A stretch of DNA of 64,000 nucleotides from positions 5,984,001 to 6,048,000 of the forward strand of contig OY761158.1 of NCBI GenBank assembly GCA_963664405.1, given 5' to 3'. A program made the position numbers and the translations under genes. The stretch's first letter is position 1; every line of letters begins with the position of its first letter. Origin of the DNA: Thermoanaerobaculia bacterium (GTDB taxonomy: Bacteria > Acidobacteriota > Thermoanaerobaculia > Multivoradales > Multivoraceae). The notes under the pieces were generated by a model. That model had not been told where the DNA came from. It made no database searches and worked only from the letters and a program-made list of their open reading frames with translations. Below are positions 40,187-48,720 of this stretch, one piece after another.

Positions 40187-41550
40187 GGATGTGTCCCGTT
40201 TTTTGTGGAAATGGGTTCAGGCGTAGTCCTCCGAGTCGTCTTTTGCTAAATCCTACCGTTTACGCGGCCCTCTCAACCTCGAGCAGGAGCTGAAGCGCCC
40301 GGTAGCCGTTAATCCTTCGCAGGTGTATCTGCCCGAAGGCGACGAGCCCCCAGAGGAGCGTGACGCCGGCAGCCTCGGTGGCAAAGGAGCCCTGGGTTTT
40401 AGTGCGGCGACGAAACTCGCGGTTCAGGTTCTCCAGAGCGTTGGTCGTGCGCACCGAACTCCACAGCGATTTGGGGAGCTCGTAGAAGGTCAGTAGCTGG
40501 AACCCTGCCTCCTCAAGGCTGCGAGCCACCGCCGGGACTAGTCGCGACCACTTGGTGACGAACGCCGCGTAGGCCTTGCGGGCCTGTGCCGCGTCCTCGG
40601 CTCGTACGATCGAGTGCCAGTCACGCCGCAGCTCGTCGTGTGCGTGCACCGGGCAGTGTTTCTTCAGATTCTCCCACTTGTGTTGGACGCAGCGCTGGAC
40701 TTTGACCTCAGGCCAAGCCTTCAGCGCCGCGGCCAGCCCTTTGTGGCCATCCGTGACCAGGTAGCGCGGAGCCTGAAGACCTCGGGCCTTCAGATCCTCG
40801 ATCAGCCACTTCCAGTGCTCGGCGGCCTCGCTCGCGGCTAAACGTAAGGCCACCAGCACCTTGGTGCCGTCCGGAGTCACACCCAGCACCACCAGCACCG
40901 GTACCGAGACCACTCGACGGGCCAAGCGGACCTTCAGGTGAAAGCCATCGAGAAACAGAAGCACGTAGGACTCCTCCGACAGATCGCGCTCACTCCAGCG
41001 AGCAAAAAGCTCCTTCAGCCGAGACACCACACGCGAAACTGCGCTCTTGGACAGGTGCTCCTCACCCAGCAGCGGAGCCAATGCCTTCTTGATCCGGCGG
41101 CTGTTAGCGCCAGCCAGATACGCACCCAGGATCGCGTCATCGACCTCCTGCGTACGACGAGCGTAACGCGGCACGATCGCACTGCGAAACTCTACGCTGG
41201 CCCCATCCTCGCCGACTAGCCGTCCTCGTGGAATGTCCAGTTCCTTCGACCCACACGCCGTCGTGATCAGACGACGCTGCTTGCCGTTGCGATAGCCCGC
41301 ACGCTCGCCTGAACGCTCGTAGGCGCTGCAGCCCAGCGCCTCGGACAGCTCTTCCTCGAGTGTGATCTCGATCGCCGCACGAACACGCTCGCGTAACAAC
41401 GAACGAATGTCCTGACGGAAGCGTGCAGCTTCCCCTTCCTCGTTGATATTCTCCACCATGGCGTAATCCTCCGTTCGCCCTAACCGGCGATGTGTTTGAC
41501 CACTAGGAGGTTACGCCATTCTCAATTTCCACAGCATTCGGGACGGATCC
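40187..41550 (-). mobile_element. IS256-family element, copy 2
   Basis: Reverse complement of 3744-5107; own 8-bp TSD CCGACGGC. Confidence 0.95.
40260..41459 (-). CDS. IS256-family transposase (same protein as 3835-5034)
   Basis: Identical translation in the ORF track. Confidence 0.95.
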   Translation of the reverse strand: MVENINEEGEAARFRQDIRSLLRERVRAAIEITLEEELSEALGCSAYERSGERAGYRNGKQRRLITTACGSKELDIPRGRLVGEDGASVEFRSAIVPRYARRTQEVDDAILGAYLAGANSRRIKKALAPLLGEEHLSKSAVSRVVSRLKELFARWSERDLSEESYVLLFLDGFHLKVRLARRVVSVPVLVVLGVTPDGTKVLVALRLAASEAAEHWKWLIEDLKARGLQAPRYLVTDGHKGLAAALKAWPEVKVQRCVQHKWENLKKHCPVHAHDELRRDWHSIVRAEDAAQARKAYAAFVTKWSRLVPAVARSLEEAGFQLLTFYELPKSLWSSVRTTNALENLNREFRRRTKTQGSFATEAAGVTLLWGLVAFGQIHLRRINGYRALQLLLEVERAA

Positions 41551-41691
41551 CCGACGGCCCGCCTTCGGCGGGGATGATGCCGACGGACCTAGTCTTGAGC
41601 ACACTACTTGAGGGACCAAACACCCTTCCCTCACCTACCGTGCTCAGAATGGCCAACATTCCCATCGATTATCGTGCTCACTCTCAGAGAG

Positions 41692-42844
41692 CTCGGCCAC
41701 TCGGTCGTCCTGCTGCCACCCCACCTGACCCACCGCTATGTCGGCGCCCACAAGACCGATCGAACCGACACCAAAGGCATGCTCGAGGCGTATCGCAACG
41801 AAGACATCCTGCCTGTCCCTGTCAAGTCGCTCGAGCAACAAACGCTCACCACTCTGCATCGGATGCGCGCGGCCTACATCGGCGATCGTACGGCTCACTG
41901 CAACGCTCTACGCGGGCACTTGCGAGAATTCGGACACTTCATCCCTCTAGGACGTGCGCGCGTCGTGCCGAGGGTCCGAGAGCTGATCGCCGACGCCGAG
42001 ACGGACATCCCCATGGCATTGCGCCCTCACTTCGCAGCGCAATGCGATCAGATCGAGCAGTTCCACGAGCGTATCGCGGAGATCGACAACCACATCCAAG
42101 CGCTCGCCAAACAGCTCGAAGCCGTGCAGCTGCTGATGACCATTCCTGGCATCGGGGTCCTGACCGCCACGGCCCTGGTGGCCTGGATCGGAGATGTCTC
42201 TCGCTTCAAGAGCGGACGCCATCTTGCCAGCTATCTCGGGCTCACGCCGCGCGAACACTCCAGTGGCGCACGACGCTGGCTCGGACGCATCAGCAAACGC
42301 GGCGACGGCTATCTGCGCACGCTCCTGATCCACGGGGCCCGCTCCGTGCTGTCGTGGGCGAAGAGAAAACAACCCCAAGGCCGCCTCCAACAGTGGGCGC
42401 TGCACGTCGATACCCGCCGAGGACCCAACAAAGCCGCCGTTGCCCTCGCCAACAAGTTGGCCCGCATTGTCTGGGCCGTGTGGACCCGTAAGCGCGCCTT
42501 CGAGCCCAAGCCGTTGCTCGCTGCTGCCTAAGACGACCGAACGACCACAACCTACTCGTAACCCCCATCCACTCACAGCTCGATCCAAGGACTTTGATGG
42601 TTTCCAGTCAGACTGGCGTGAGGGCACAAGCCGCTAGGAGCGTTGGCCCTCGAGGCCGTTTTCTCGGACGATTCGGCTCCCTCACGCGCACTTTTCCATC
42701 ATGGCCCGGCGTGCACACATCGTCACGCCAATCTGAGGCCGGAGATACGTCTGCTGTCTGACCTACCACTCTCAGCCCGAAGACCGAGAAAACCAGAATC
42801 TCTCTATGAGTTGAAATCAACTACTTGACACGGGAGTCCAGATA
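41692..42844 (+). mobile_element. IS110 copy 1, right segment including 3' non-coding region
   Basis: Matches 43217-44369 (one SNP seen); the three segments sum to 1439 bp, the length of copy 2. Confidence 0.95.
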
Positions 42845-42930
42845 CACGCTCCTAGCCCCAGAAAACGCGCCTTCGGCCCGTTTTCCGGCCCATCCCCGCC
42901 TGAGAACTACTCGCCTGTCCGATACTCGGA
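42845..42930 (+). repeat. Repeat-cluster spacer between the two IS110 copies
   Basis: Starts CACGCTCCTAG (right half of target 1) and ends GATACTCGGA (left half of target 2). Confidence 0.8.
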
Positions 42931-43018
42931 TGATGAAATGGACTCCCTGGCGACTTCGATCGGCATCTGTGTGCCGCGGGTCGCCCAAACCGAAACTCTA
43001 GTACTGGAAGGGAGCCCC

Positions 43019-44056
43019 ATGAAGCATACCGTTATCGGTGTCGACCTGGCCAAGGATGTGTTCGAGATCGCCGTGTCGCATGAGCCGGGAAAGGTGGCGG
43101 ACCGGCATCGAGTCCGAAGAGCTGGCTTTTTGTCTTTCTTCGCACAACGCAAGCCCACGACGGTGGTCATGGAGGCCTGTGGCTCCGCGCACTACTGGGG
43201 CCGGGAAATAGGAGAGCTCGGCCACTCGGTCGTCCTGCTGCCACCCCACCTGACCCACCGCTATGTCGGCGCCCACAAGACCGATCGAACCGACACCAAA
43301 GGCATGCTCGAGGCGTATCGCAACGAAGACATCCTGCCTGTCCCTGTCAAGTCGCTCGAGCAACAAACGCTCACCACTCTGCATCGGATGCGCGCGGCCT
43401 ACATCGGCGATCGTACGGCTCACTGCAACGCTCTACGCGGGCACTTGCGAGAATTCGGACACTTCATCCCTCTAGGACGTGCGCGCGTCGTGCCGAGGGT
43501 CCGAGAGCTGATCGCCGACGCCGAGACGGACATCCCCATGGCATTGCGCCCTCACTTCGCAGCGCAATGCGATCAGATCGAGCAGTTCCACGAGCGTATC
43601 GCGGAGATCGACAACCACATCCAAGCGCTCGCCAAACAGCTCGAAGCCGTGCAGCTGCTGATGACCATTCCTGGCATCGGGGTCCTGACCGCCACGGCCC
43701 TGGTGGCCTGGATCGGAGATGTCTCTCGCTTCAAGAGCGGACGCCATCTTGCCAGCTATCTCGGGCTCACGCCGCGCGAACACTCCAGTGGCGCACGACG
43801 CTGGCTCGGACGCATCAGCAAACGCGGCGACGGCTATCTGCGCACGCTCCTGATCCACGGGGCCCGCTCCGTGCTGTCGTGGGCGAAGAGAAAACAACCC
43901 CAAGGCCGCCTCCAACAGTGGGCGCTGCACGTCGATACCCGCCGAGGACCCAACAAAGCCGCCGTTGCCCTCGCCAACAAGTTGGCCCGCATTGTCTGGG
44001 CCGTGTGGACCCGTAAGCGCGCCTTCGAGCCCAAGCCGTTGCTCGCTGCTGCCTAA
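43019..44056 (+). CDS. IS110-family recombinase/transposase (345 aa)
   Basis: DEDD (GVDLAK, VMEA, KTDRTD), TIPGIG, GLTPREHSSG and ALANKLAR. Confidence 0.95.
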   Translation: MKHTVIGVDLAKDVFEIAVSHEPGKVADRHRVRRAGFLSFFAQRKPTTVVMEACGSAHYWGREIGELGHSVVLLPPHLTHRYVGAHKTDRTDTKGMLEAYRNEDILPVPVKSLEQQTLTTLHRMRAAYIGDRTAHCNALRGHLREFGHFIPLGRARVVPRVRELIADAETDIPMALRPHFAAQCDQIEQFHERIAEIDNHIQALAKQLEAVQLLMTIPGIGVLTATALVAWIGDVSRFKSGRHLASYLGLTPREHSSGARRWLGRISKRGDGYLRTLLIHGARSVLSWAKRKQPQGRLQQWALHVDTRRGPNKAAVALANKLARIVWAVWTRKRAFEPKPLLAAA

Positions 44057-44119
44057 GACGACCGAACGACCACAACCTACTCGTAACCCCCATCCACTCA
44101 CAGCTCGATCCAAGGACTT

Positions 44120-44300
44120 TGATGGTTTCCAGTCAGACTGGCGTGAGGGCACAAGCCGCTAGGAGCGTTGGCCCTCGAGGCCGTTTTCTCGGACGATTCG
44201 GCTCCCTCACGCGCACTTTTCCATCATGGCCCGGCGTGCACACATCGTCACGCCAATCTGAGGCCGGAGATACGTCTGCTGTCTGACCTACCACTCTCAG
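44120..44300 (+). ncRNA. Predicted bridge/seek RNA of the IS1111-type element (second copy about 42595-42775); ends approximate
   Basis: Stem GCGTGAGGG/CCCTCACGC encloses CTAGGAGCGT and CTCGGAC (target matches); second loop has CATCAT and AGATA (donor-end matches). Confidence 0.75.
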
Positions 44301-44369
44301 CCCGAAGACCGAGAAAACTAGAATCTCTCTATGAGTTGAAATCAACTACTTGACACGGGAGTCCAGATA

Positions 44370-44500
44370 CACGCTCCTAGGTTGGGTAGGTCTGGGAATG
44401 GTGATTGCCATTCCCAGACCTACTGATGCCGTTTGGCGCCGCGGACGGCGCGCGTCGCCCATCCGGAGGACCGGATGGCCTCCCTGCTTCGGAAGGGGTG
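44370..44500 (+). repeat. Remainder of repeat cluster (target right half, 40-nt hairpin, GCGCCG hairpin, type-B tail)
   Basis: GTAGGTCTGGGAATGG/CCATTCCCAGACCTAC stem; TTTGGCGCCGCGGACGGCGC; CCATCCGG-AGGA-CCGGATGG. Confidence 0.8.
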
Positions 44501-44553
44501 CCTCTTGCGGATTGAGCATTTCCAGGCTCCTGGGATATATGCTCCGGTGATCC

Positions 44554-45258
44554 GTGAGCTGGATTTCCGATCCCAATGCCTGGATCGCCCTGGCGGCGCT
44601 GACGTCGATCGAGATCGTTCTCGGTATCGACAACATCATCTTCATCACGATTCTCGTCGGCCGCCTGCCCGAGGCCGAGCGGGGTCGTGCGCGCACGTTT
44701 GGGCTACTGCTGGCGATGCTGACCAGGATTGCCCTGCTCTTCTCACTGACCTTCTTCATGGGCCTCACCGAGCCGCTGCTGGTGGTCCTGGGGCACGAGA
44801 TCTCGTGGCGTGATGTCATCTTGATTGCTGGGGGTCTCTTCCTTTTGGGCAAGAGCACCTTCGAGATTCACGCCAAGCTCGAGGGCGGTCACGGGGCTCC
44901 ATCGTCGGGCTCGCGTGGTGGCTTCTTGATGGTGATGGGCCAGATCGCCCTTCTCGACATCGTGTTCTCCATCGACTCGGTGATCACTGCCATCGGTTTG
45001 GCCGACCAGGTGGTGATCATGGTCATCGCCGTTGTTGCGGCAGTGCTCGTCATGCTAGTTTCGGCAAGACCCATTGGAGATTTCGTCGAGCGGCACCCGA
45101 CCTTGAAGATGCTCGCGTTGAGCTTCTTGCTCTTGATCGGAACAACGCTCGTGGCGGATGGCCTCGGGTTTCACTTCCCGAAAGGCTATGTCTATTTCGC
45201 GATGGCGTTCTCGGTGTTTGTCGAAATGCTCAATCTGCGCTTGCGCAGAGTGTCGTAA
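44554..45258 (+). CDS. TerC-family membrane protein
   Basis: EIVLGIDNIIFI, DIVFSIDSVITA and HPTLKMLALSFL. Confidence 0.93.
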   Translation: MSWISDPNAWIALAALTSIEIVLGIDNIIFITILVGRLPEAERGRARTFGLLLAMLTRIALLFSLTFFMGLTEPLLVVLGHEISWRDVILIAGGLFLLGKSTFEIHAKLEGGHGAPSSGSRGGFLMVMGQIALLDIVFSIDSVITAIGLADQVVIMVIAVVAAVLVMLVSARPIGDFVERHPTLKMLALSFLLLIGTTLVADGLGFHFPKGYVYFAMAFSVFVEMLNLRLRRVS

Positions 45259-45300
45259 GCTCCACACCAGCGAAGAAATTTTTAGAAGAGGAGAGCAGGT

Positions 45301-46335
45301 ATGAAGGTCCTATCTAGAATCGGTGCAGGTGCGTTCAGCCTCTTGACTCTGGCGACCTCGGTGCCGGGTCCCGCCCGGGCGCAGAACGTCGGGCTTTGCG
45401 TGGCGAATGCATTTGCGGATCAAGTGGCTGACTTGATTGAGGAGCACGACGGTGCGACCCTGATCCGCTTTGGCAACCTGCCGGACTTGGTGGAAAAGGT
45501 CGGGGGTTGTGACGCCGTTATCGCCGTCCCAGGTGGAGGCACCGACCAGGTTCTCCGCGCCGGGTCCCGCTTACAGTGGCTACAAACCGCGAGCGCTGGG
45601 GTCGAGACCCTACTCCGCTCCGACGAGCTCGTTGCTTCGGACGTGACACTGACCAACGCAAAGATCCTGCAGGGCCCGGAGATCGCCGATCACGCTTTCG
45701 GACTGCTGTTGACGCTCACCCGTGACATCCGTTTCTTCAACGCGCAGACCTCATGGAACCGCGCAAACTCTCTTCCAATCATCGAGCTGCGCGGCAAGAC
45801 CGCTCTCATTATCGGCCTAGGGGGCATCGGTACTCAGATCGCGCAGCGTGCGGCGGCGTTCGAGATGCGCGTCATCGCTGTCGATCCCAAGGACATTCCG
45901 CTCAGTAGGGATGTAGCCTATGTCGGCAAACCGGACCAGCTCGACGAGCTCTTGCCGCAGGCCGACGTCGTCTTTAGCAGCGTCCCGCATACCCCCGCTT
46001 CTCGCGGCATGCTCGGCAAGGAGCAGTTTGCGCGGATGAAGGAAGGTGTCTATGTGGTCAACGTGTCGCGCGGCCCGATCATTGACACCGACGCTCTGGT
46101 TGCCGCGCTGCGCTCCGGCAAAGTGCGTGCAGCGGGTCTCGACGTCACCGACCCCGAGCCATTACCCGACGGTCATCCTCTGTGGTCGATGCACAACGTC
46201 GTCATCACGCCGCACATAGCGACTGTGTCTGACCATTCCATCGAGCGGCGAGTCGAACTGTTCCGCGACAATATCGGGCGTTTCCTCGATAACCGTCCCT
46301 TGCGCAACGTGGTCGACAAGAAGAAGGGGTACTGA
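45301..46335 (+). CDS. D-2-hydroxyacid dehydrogenase family protein
   Basis: GLGGIG, NVSRG, LDVTDPEPLP and ITPH. Confidence 0.9.
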   Translation: MKVLSRIGAGAFSLLTLATSVPGPARAQNVGLCVANAFADQVADLIEEHDGATLIRFGNLPDLVEKVGGCDAVIAVPGGGTDQVLRAGSRLQWLQTASAGVETLLRSDELVASDVTLTNAKILQGPEIADHAFGLLLTLTRDIRFFNAQTSWNRANSLPIIELRGKTALIIGLGGIGTQIAQRAAAFEMRVIAVDPKDIPLSRDVAYVGKPDQLDELLPQADVVFSSVPHTPASRGMLGKEQFARMKEGVYVVNVSRGPIIDTDALVAALRSGKVRAAGLDVTDPEPLPDGHPLWSMHNVVITPHIATVSDHSIERRVELFRDNIGRFLDNRPLRNVVDKKKGY

Positions 46336-46544
46336 GTCTGAGAGTGGTGAATACCACTCTCAGACTCAGTTTGTTGTTTGGCGCCGCGGACGGCGCGTGT
46401 TGGCCATCCGGAGGACCGGATGGCCAACTGGCTTCGGAGCAGGCGATCTTCGGAAGACCTGCTGTTTGGCGCTGCGGTGGCGCGCGTTGCTGATCAGGCG
46501 GACCGGTGGGACCCCTGGCTTCGAAGGAGCGATCTCCTTCCTAG
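46331..46544 (+). repeat. Repeat cluster between convergent genes (18-bp stem hairpin plus two type-B units); may act as terminator
   Basis: ACTGAGTCTGAGAGTGGT-GAAT-ACCACTCTCAGACTCAGT then TTTGGCGCCGCGGACGGCGC; ends at CTAG, the stop of the EamA gene. Confidence 0.8.
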
Positions 46545-47473
46545 CGGGCCTTGCTGGTTGAGGCCTGGGAGGCCGTTGCTCGAGAGGGCCCGGATCGGGC
46601 TTCGCGGTAGGTGATGTAGGTGGTGCTGGCGAAGATGATGGCGCCTCCGATCCAGGTCGGGAGCTCTGGGACCTCGCCAAAGATGAAGAACCCCAGCAGG
46701 CTGGCCCATACCAGTCGGGTGAAGTCGACCGGAAGCACCGCGCTGGCGTCGGCCTGAACGAAGGCCTCGGCCATGCACAGGTGGGCGAGGGTTCCTACGG
46801 CTCCCATCAGGACCAGCCAGGGGTAGTCACCTGGCGCGGGCCAGGTCCATACGAATGCGGCAGGGATCAGGGAGAGAGGCGCCATGAAGATGCCCATCCA
46901 CAGCCCGAGAGTGAGGCTGGAGTCTGTGCTCGAGATCGTCTTGATGACCAGGAGTGCGATTGCCCACCCGGCGGAGGAGAGGAGCACGAGGAATAGACCC
47001 GTGTCAATTTCGGCGCCCGGCTGCAGCACGATCATGGCACCGGCGAAGCCGAGAGCGAGCGCTGCGATGCGGCGCCTGTGGAGGGCTTCGCCAAGAAAGA
47101 GGACAGCTCCGATCGTGGCGAAGAGAGGCGCTGTGAAGCCCATCGCCGAGACTCTGGCAATGGGAGTCAGGGTGAGCGCGGTGAAGAAGAGCAGCATCGA
47201 TCCCATCTGGAGCACAGAGCGTAGAGCGTGCAACGGCAGGCGGGTCGTGTGAAGAGGGGCGATTCCCCTGCGTACAAGCACTGGGGCAAGAACCAAGAGT
47301 CCGAAGAAGTTGCGGAAGAAGGCGATCTCGAAGGGATGGAGATCTGCAGAGAGAATGCGGATCAGGGCGTGCATGGTGGAGAAGCCAACGGCGGCAATAG
47401 CGACGAGGAGCATTCCGCGCACTTGGTTCGGAGCGCGCACAGACCCCTGTGCCTGCGGAGGAAGCGTGCTCAT
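46541..47473 (-). CDS. DMT/EamA-family transporter
   Basis: Ten hydrophobic segments, AFFRN, FTAPLF, LGE and GE.P motifs. Confidence 0.9.
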   Translation of the reverse strand: MSTLPPQAQGSVRAPNQVRGMLLVAIAAVGFSTMHALIRILSADLHPFEIAFFRNFFGLLVLAPVLVRRGIAPLHTTRLPLHALRSVLQMGSMLLFFTALTLTPIARVSAMGFTAPLFATIGAVLFLGEALHRRRIAALALGFAGAMIVLQPGAEIDTGLFLVLLSSAGWAIALLVIKTISSTDSSLTLGLWMGIFMAPLSLIPAAFVWTWPAPGDYPWLVLMGAVGTLAHLCMAEAFVQADASAVLPVDFTRLVWASLLGFFIFGEVPELPTWIGGAIIFASTTYITYREARSGPSRATASQASTSKAR

Positions 47474-47495
47474 TTTCTGGAGGGACGACAGGATC

Positions 47496-48458
47496 TCAGA
47501 CGAGAGCTTCGAGGAGGGCCTCGAGAGATCGGAGACGCTCGGTGCTTTGCGCGCCGGGAACGGAGCCGCGCACGATAAGGTGTGTCATGCCGAGCTCCTC
47601 GCGGTAGCGCGCGACCTCATCGGTGACCTGGGCCGGCGAGCCGACCAGGGCCCAATCCTCGACGGCGAGCTCGGCCCTGCGTCGGAGAATCGTAGACGTT
47701 GATGCCCTGAGCTCCTGAAGCTGAGCCTCGAGGGCCTCTCTCACTCGGCGCAAGGAGTCCGAGCTGGGACTGATGAAAAGGGTGCGCATGATCGGGACCG
47801 GAAGGTCGACGGCGTTGCCGTGCTCGACCAGCATCTCGCGGTGCAACTGGTAGTTCGAGGAGAGTCGGTCGAAGGACTCCATCGGGGAGGCGAGGTAGGG
47901 GAGTCCCAGTCTCCCGGCCTGGGTCAGAGCTTTGGGTCCGAAGGCCGCAACCCAGAGAGGCGGATGAGGCTGCTGAACCGGTAGGGGGGAAAGGTGCTTG
48001 GGCTCGTCGCCGTTGGTTGGGAGGGCCGCCCCCGACCAAGCTTGCTTCATCACCCTCAGAGCCGCTTCGAAGCGATCCCGCTTCTCGGCCGGCGGGACCT
48101 CGAAAGCCTCGAAGAGAGCGCGACGAAAACCGCGACCGAGGCCCAGAATCACCCGTCCCCCGGAGATGCGGTCGAGAATGGCGACGTCCTCTGCCACTTG
48201 CAGGGCGTTGCGGATCGGTAGCAGGTAGGACGTGGTGCCCAGGCCCAGGGTCGAGGTACGAGCCGCCGCGGCGGCGAGGATGAGGAGGGGGTTGGGGCAG
48301 GAGCCCTTTGCAACGAAGTGGCTTTCCGGTAGCCAGAGCGACTCGTAGCCCATGCTCTCGGCCGTTGCCGCCTGATCGGGGATGAGGTCTGCGGCGCCGG
48401 CGAGATCGCCGACCCACGGTGTGAGACCGAGGTGAAGGGGAGGAGGGTTATCAGACAT
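47496..48458 (-). CDS. LLM-class flavin-dependent oxidoreductase
   Basis: WLPESHF, AED.A.LD.ISGGR..LGLGRG and PVQQPHPP. Confidence 0.9.
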   Translation of the reverse strand: MSDNPPPLHLGLTPWVGDLAGAADLIPDQAATAESMGYESLWLPESHFVAKGSCPNPLLILAAAAARTSTLGLGTTSYLLPIRNALQVAEDVAILDRISGGRVILGLGRGFRRALFEAFEVPPAEKRDRFEAALRVMKQAWSGAALPTNGDEPKHLSPLPVQQPHPPLWVAAFGPKALTQAGRLGLPYLASPMESFDRLSSNYQLHREMLVEHGNAVDLPVPIMRTLFISPSSDSLRRVREALEAQLQELRASTSTILRRRAELAVEDWALVGSPAQVTDEVARYREELGMTHLIVRGSVPGAQSTERLRSLEALLEALV

Positions 48459-48720
48459 CGTTTTCGTGCCGGCCCTCCGACCTTACTCTACCCGGCCGCC
48501 TCGTCGAGAGCTTGCTGCCACCACCACTTTCACGGCAGACTCGTTAAATGATGTTGTTGCGGAGGGTAGCGCTGGCACGGTCTCGTATCGAGCGAGCCAG
48601 GGGGAAGGACATTTGAGCTTCGACGTCGACGCCCTCCGCGCCCTTCTGTTGGTAGCTGTCGTTGCCGCCACAGTGTTCTTCGCGCTCTACAGGCACAAAG
48701 CGCGCCACTTCGAGTCCTTA

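Larger units (their letters stand above)
39838..41686. mobile_element. Non-autonomous IS21-like MITE (477 bp net), interrupted by IS256
   Basis: Perfect 25-bp TIR TGAGAGTGAGCACGATAATCGATGG; TG..CA ends; 5-bp TSD GAGAG; sub-terminal repeat CACGATAAGTGATGG. Confidence 0.9.
42931..44369 (+). mobile_element. IS110-family (IS1111-type) copy 2, intact, 1439 bp
   Basis: Sub-terminal IRs TGGACTCCC / GGGAGTCCA, no TSD, long 3' non-coding region. Confidence 0.95.

Noticed and set aside
41490-42531. ORFs 41490-42491 and 41608-42531 as independent genes
   Set aside because: They are read-through from IS256 or MITE sequence into the broken IS110 gene
44289-44300. TACCACTCTCAG in the IS110 non-coding region also occurs in the hairpin at 46352
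   Set aside because: It lies outside the predicted guide loops and there is no insertion at that site; likely chance
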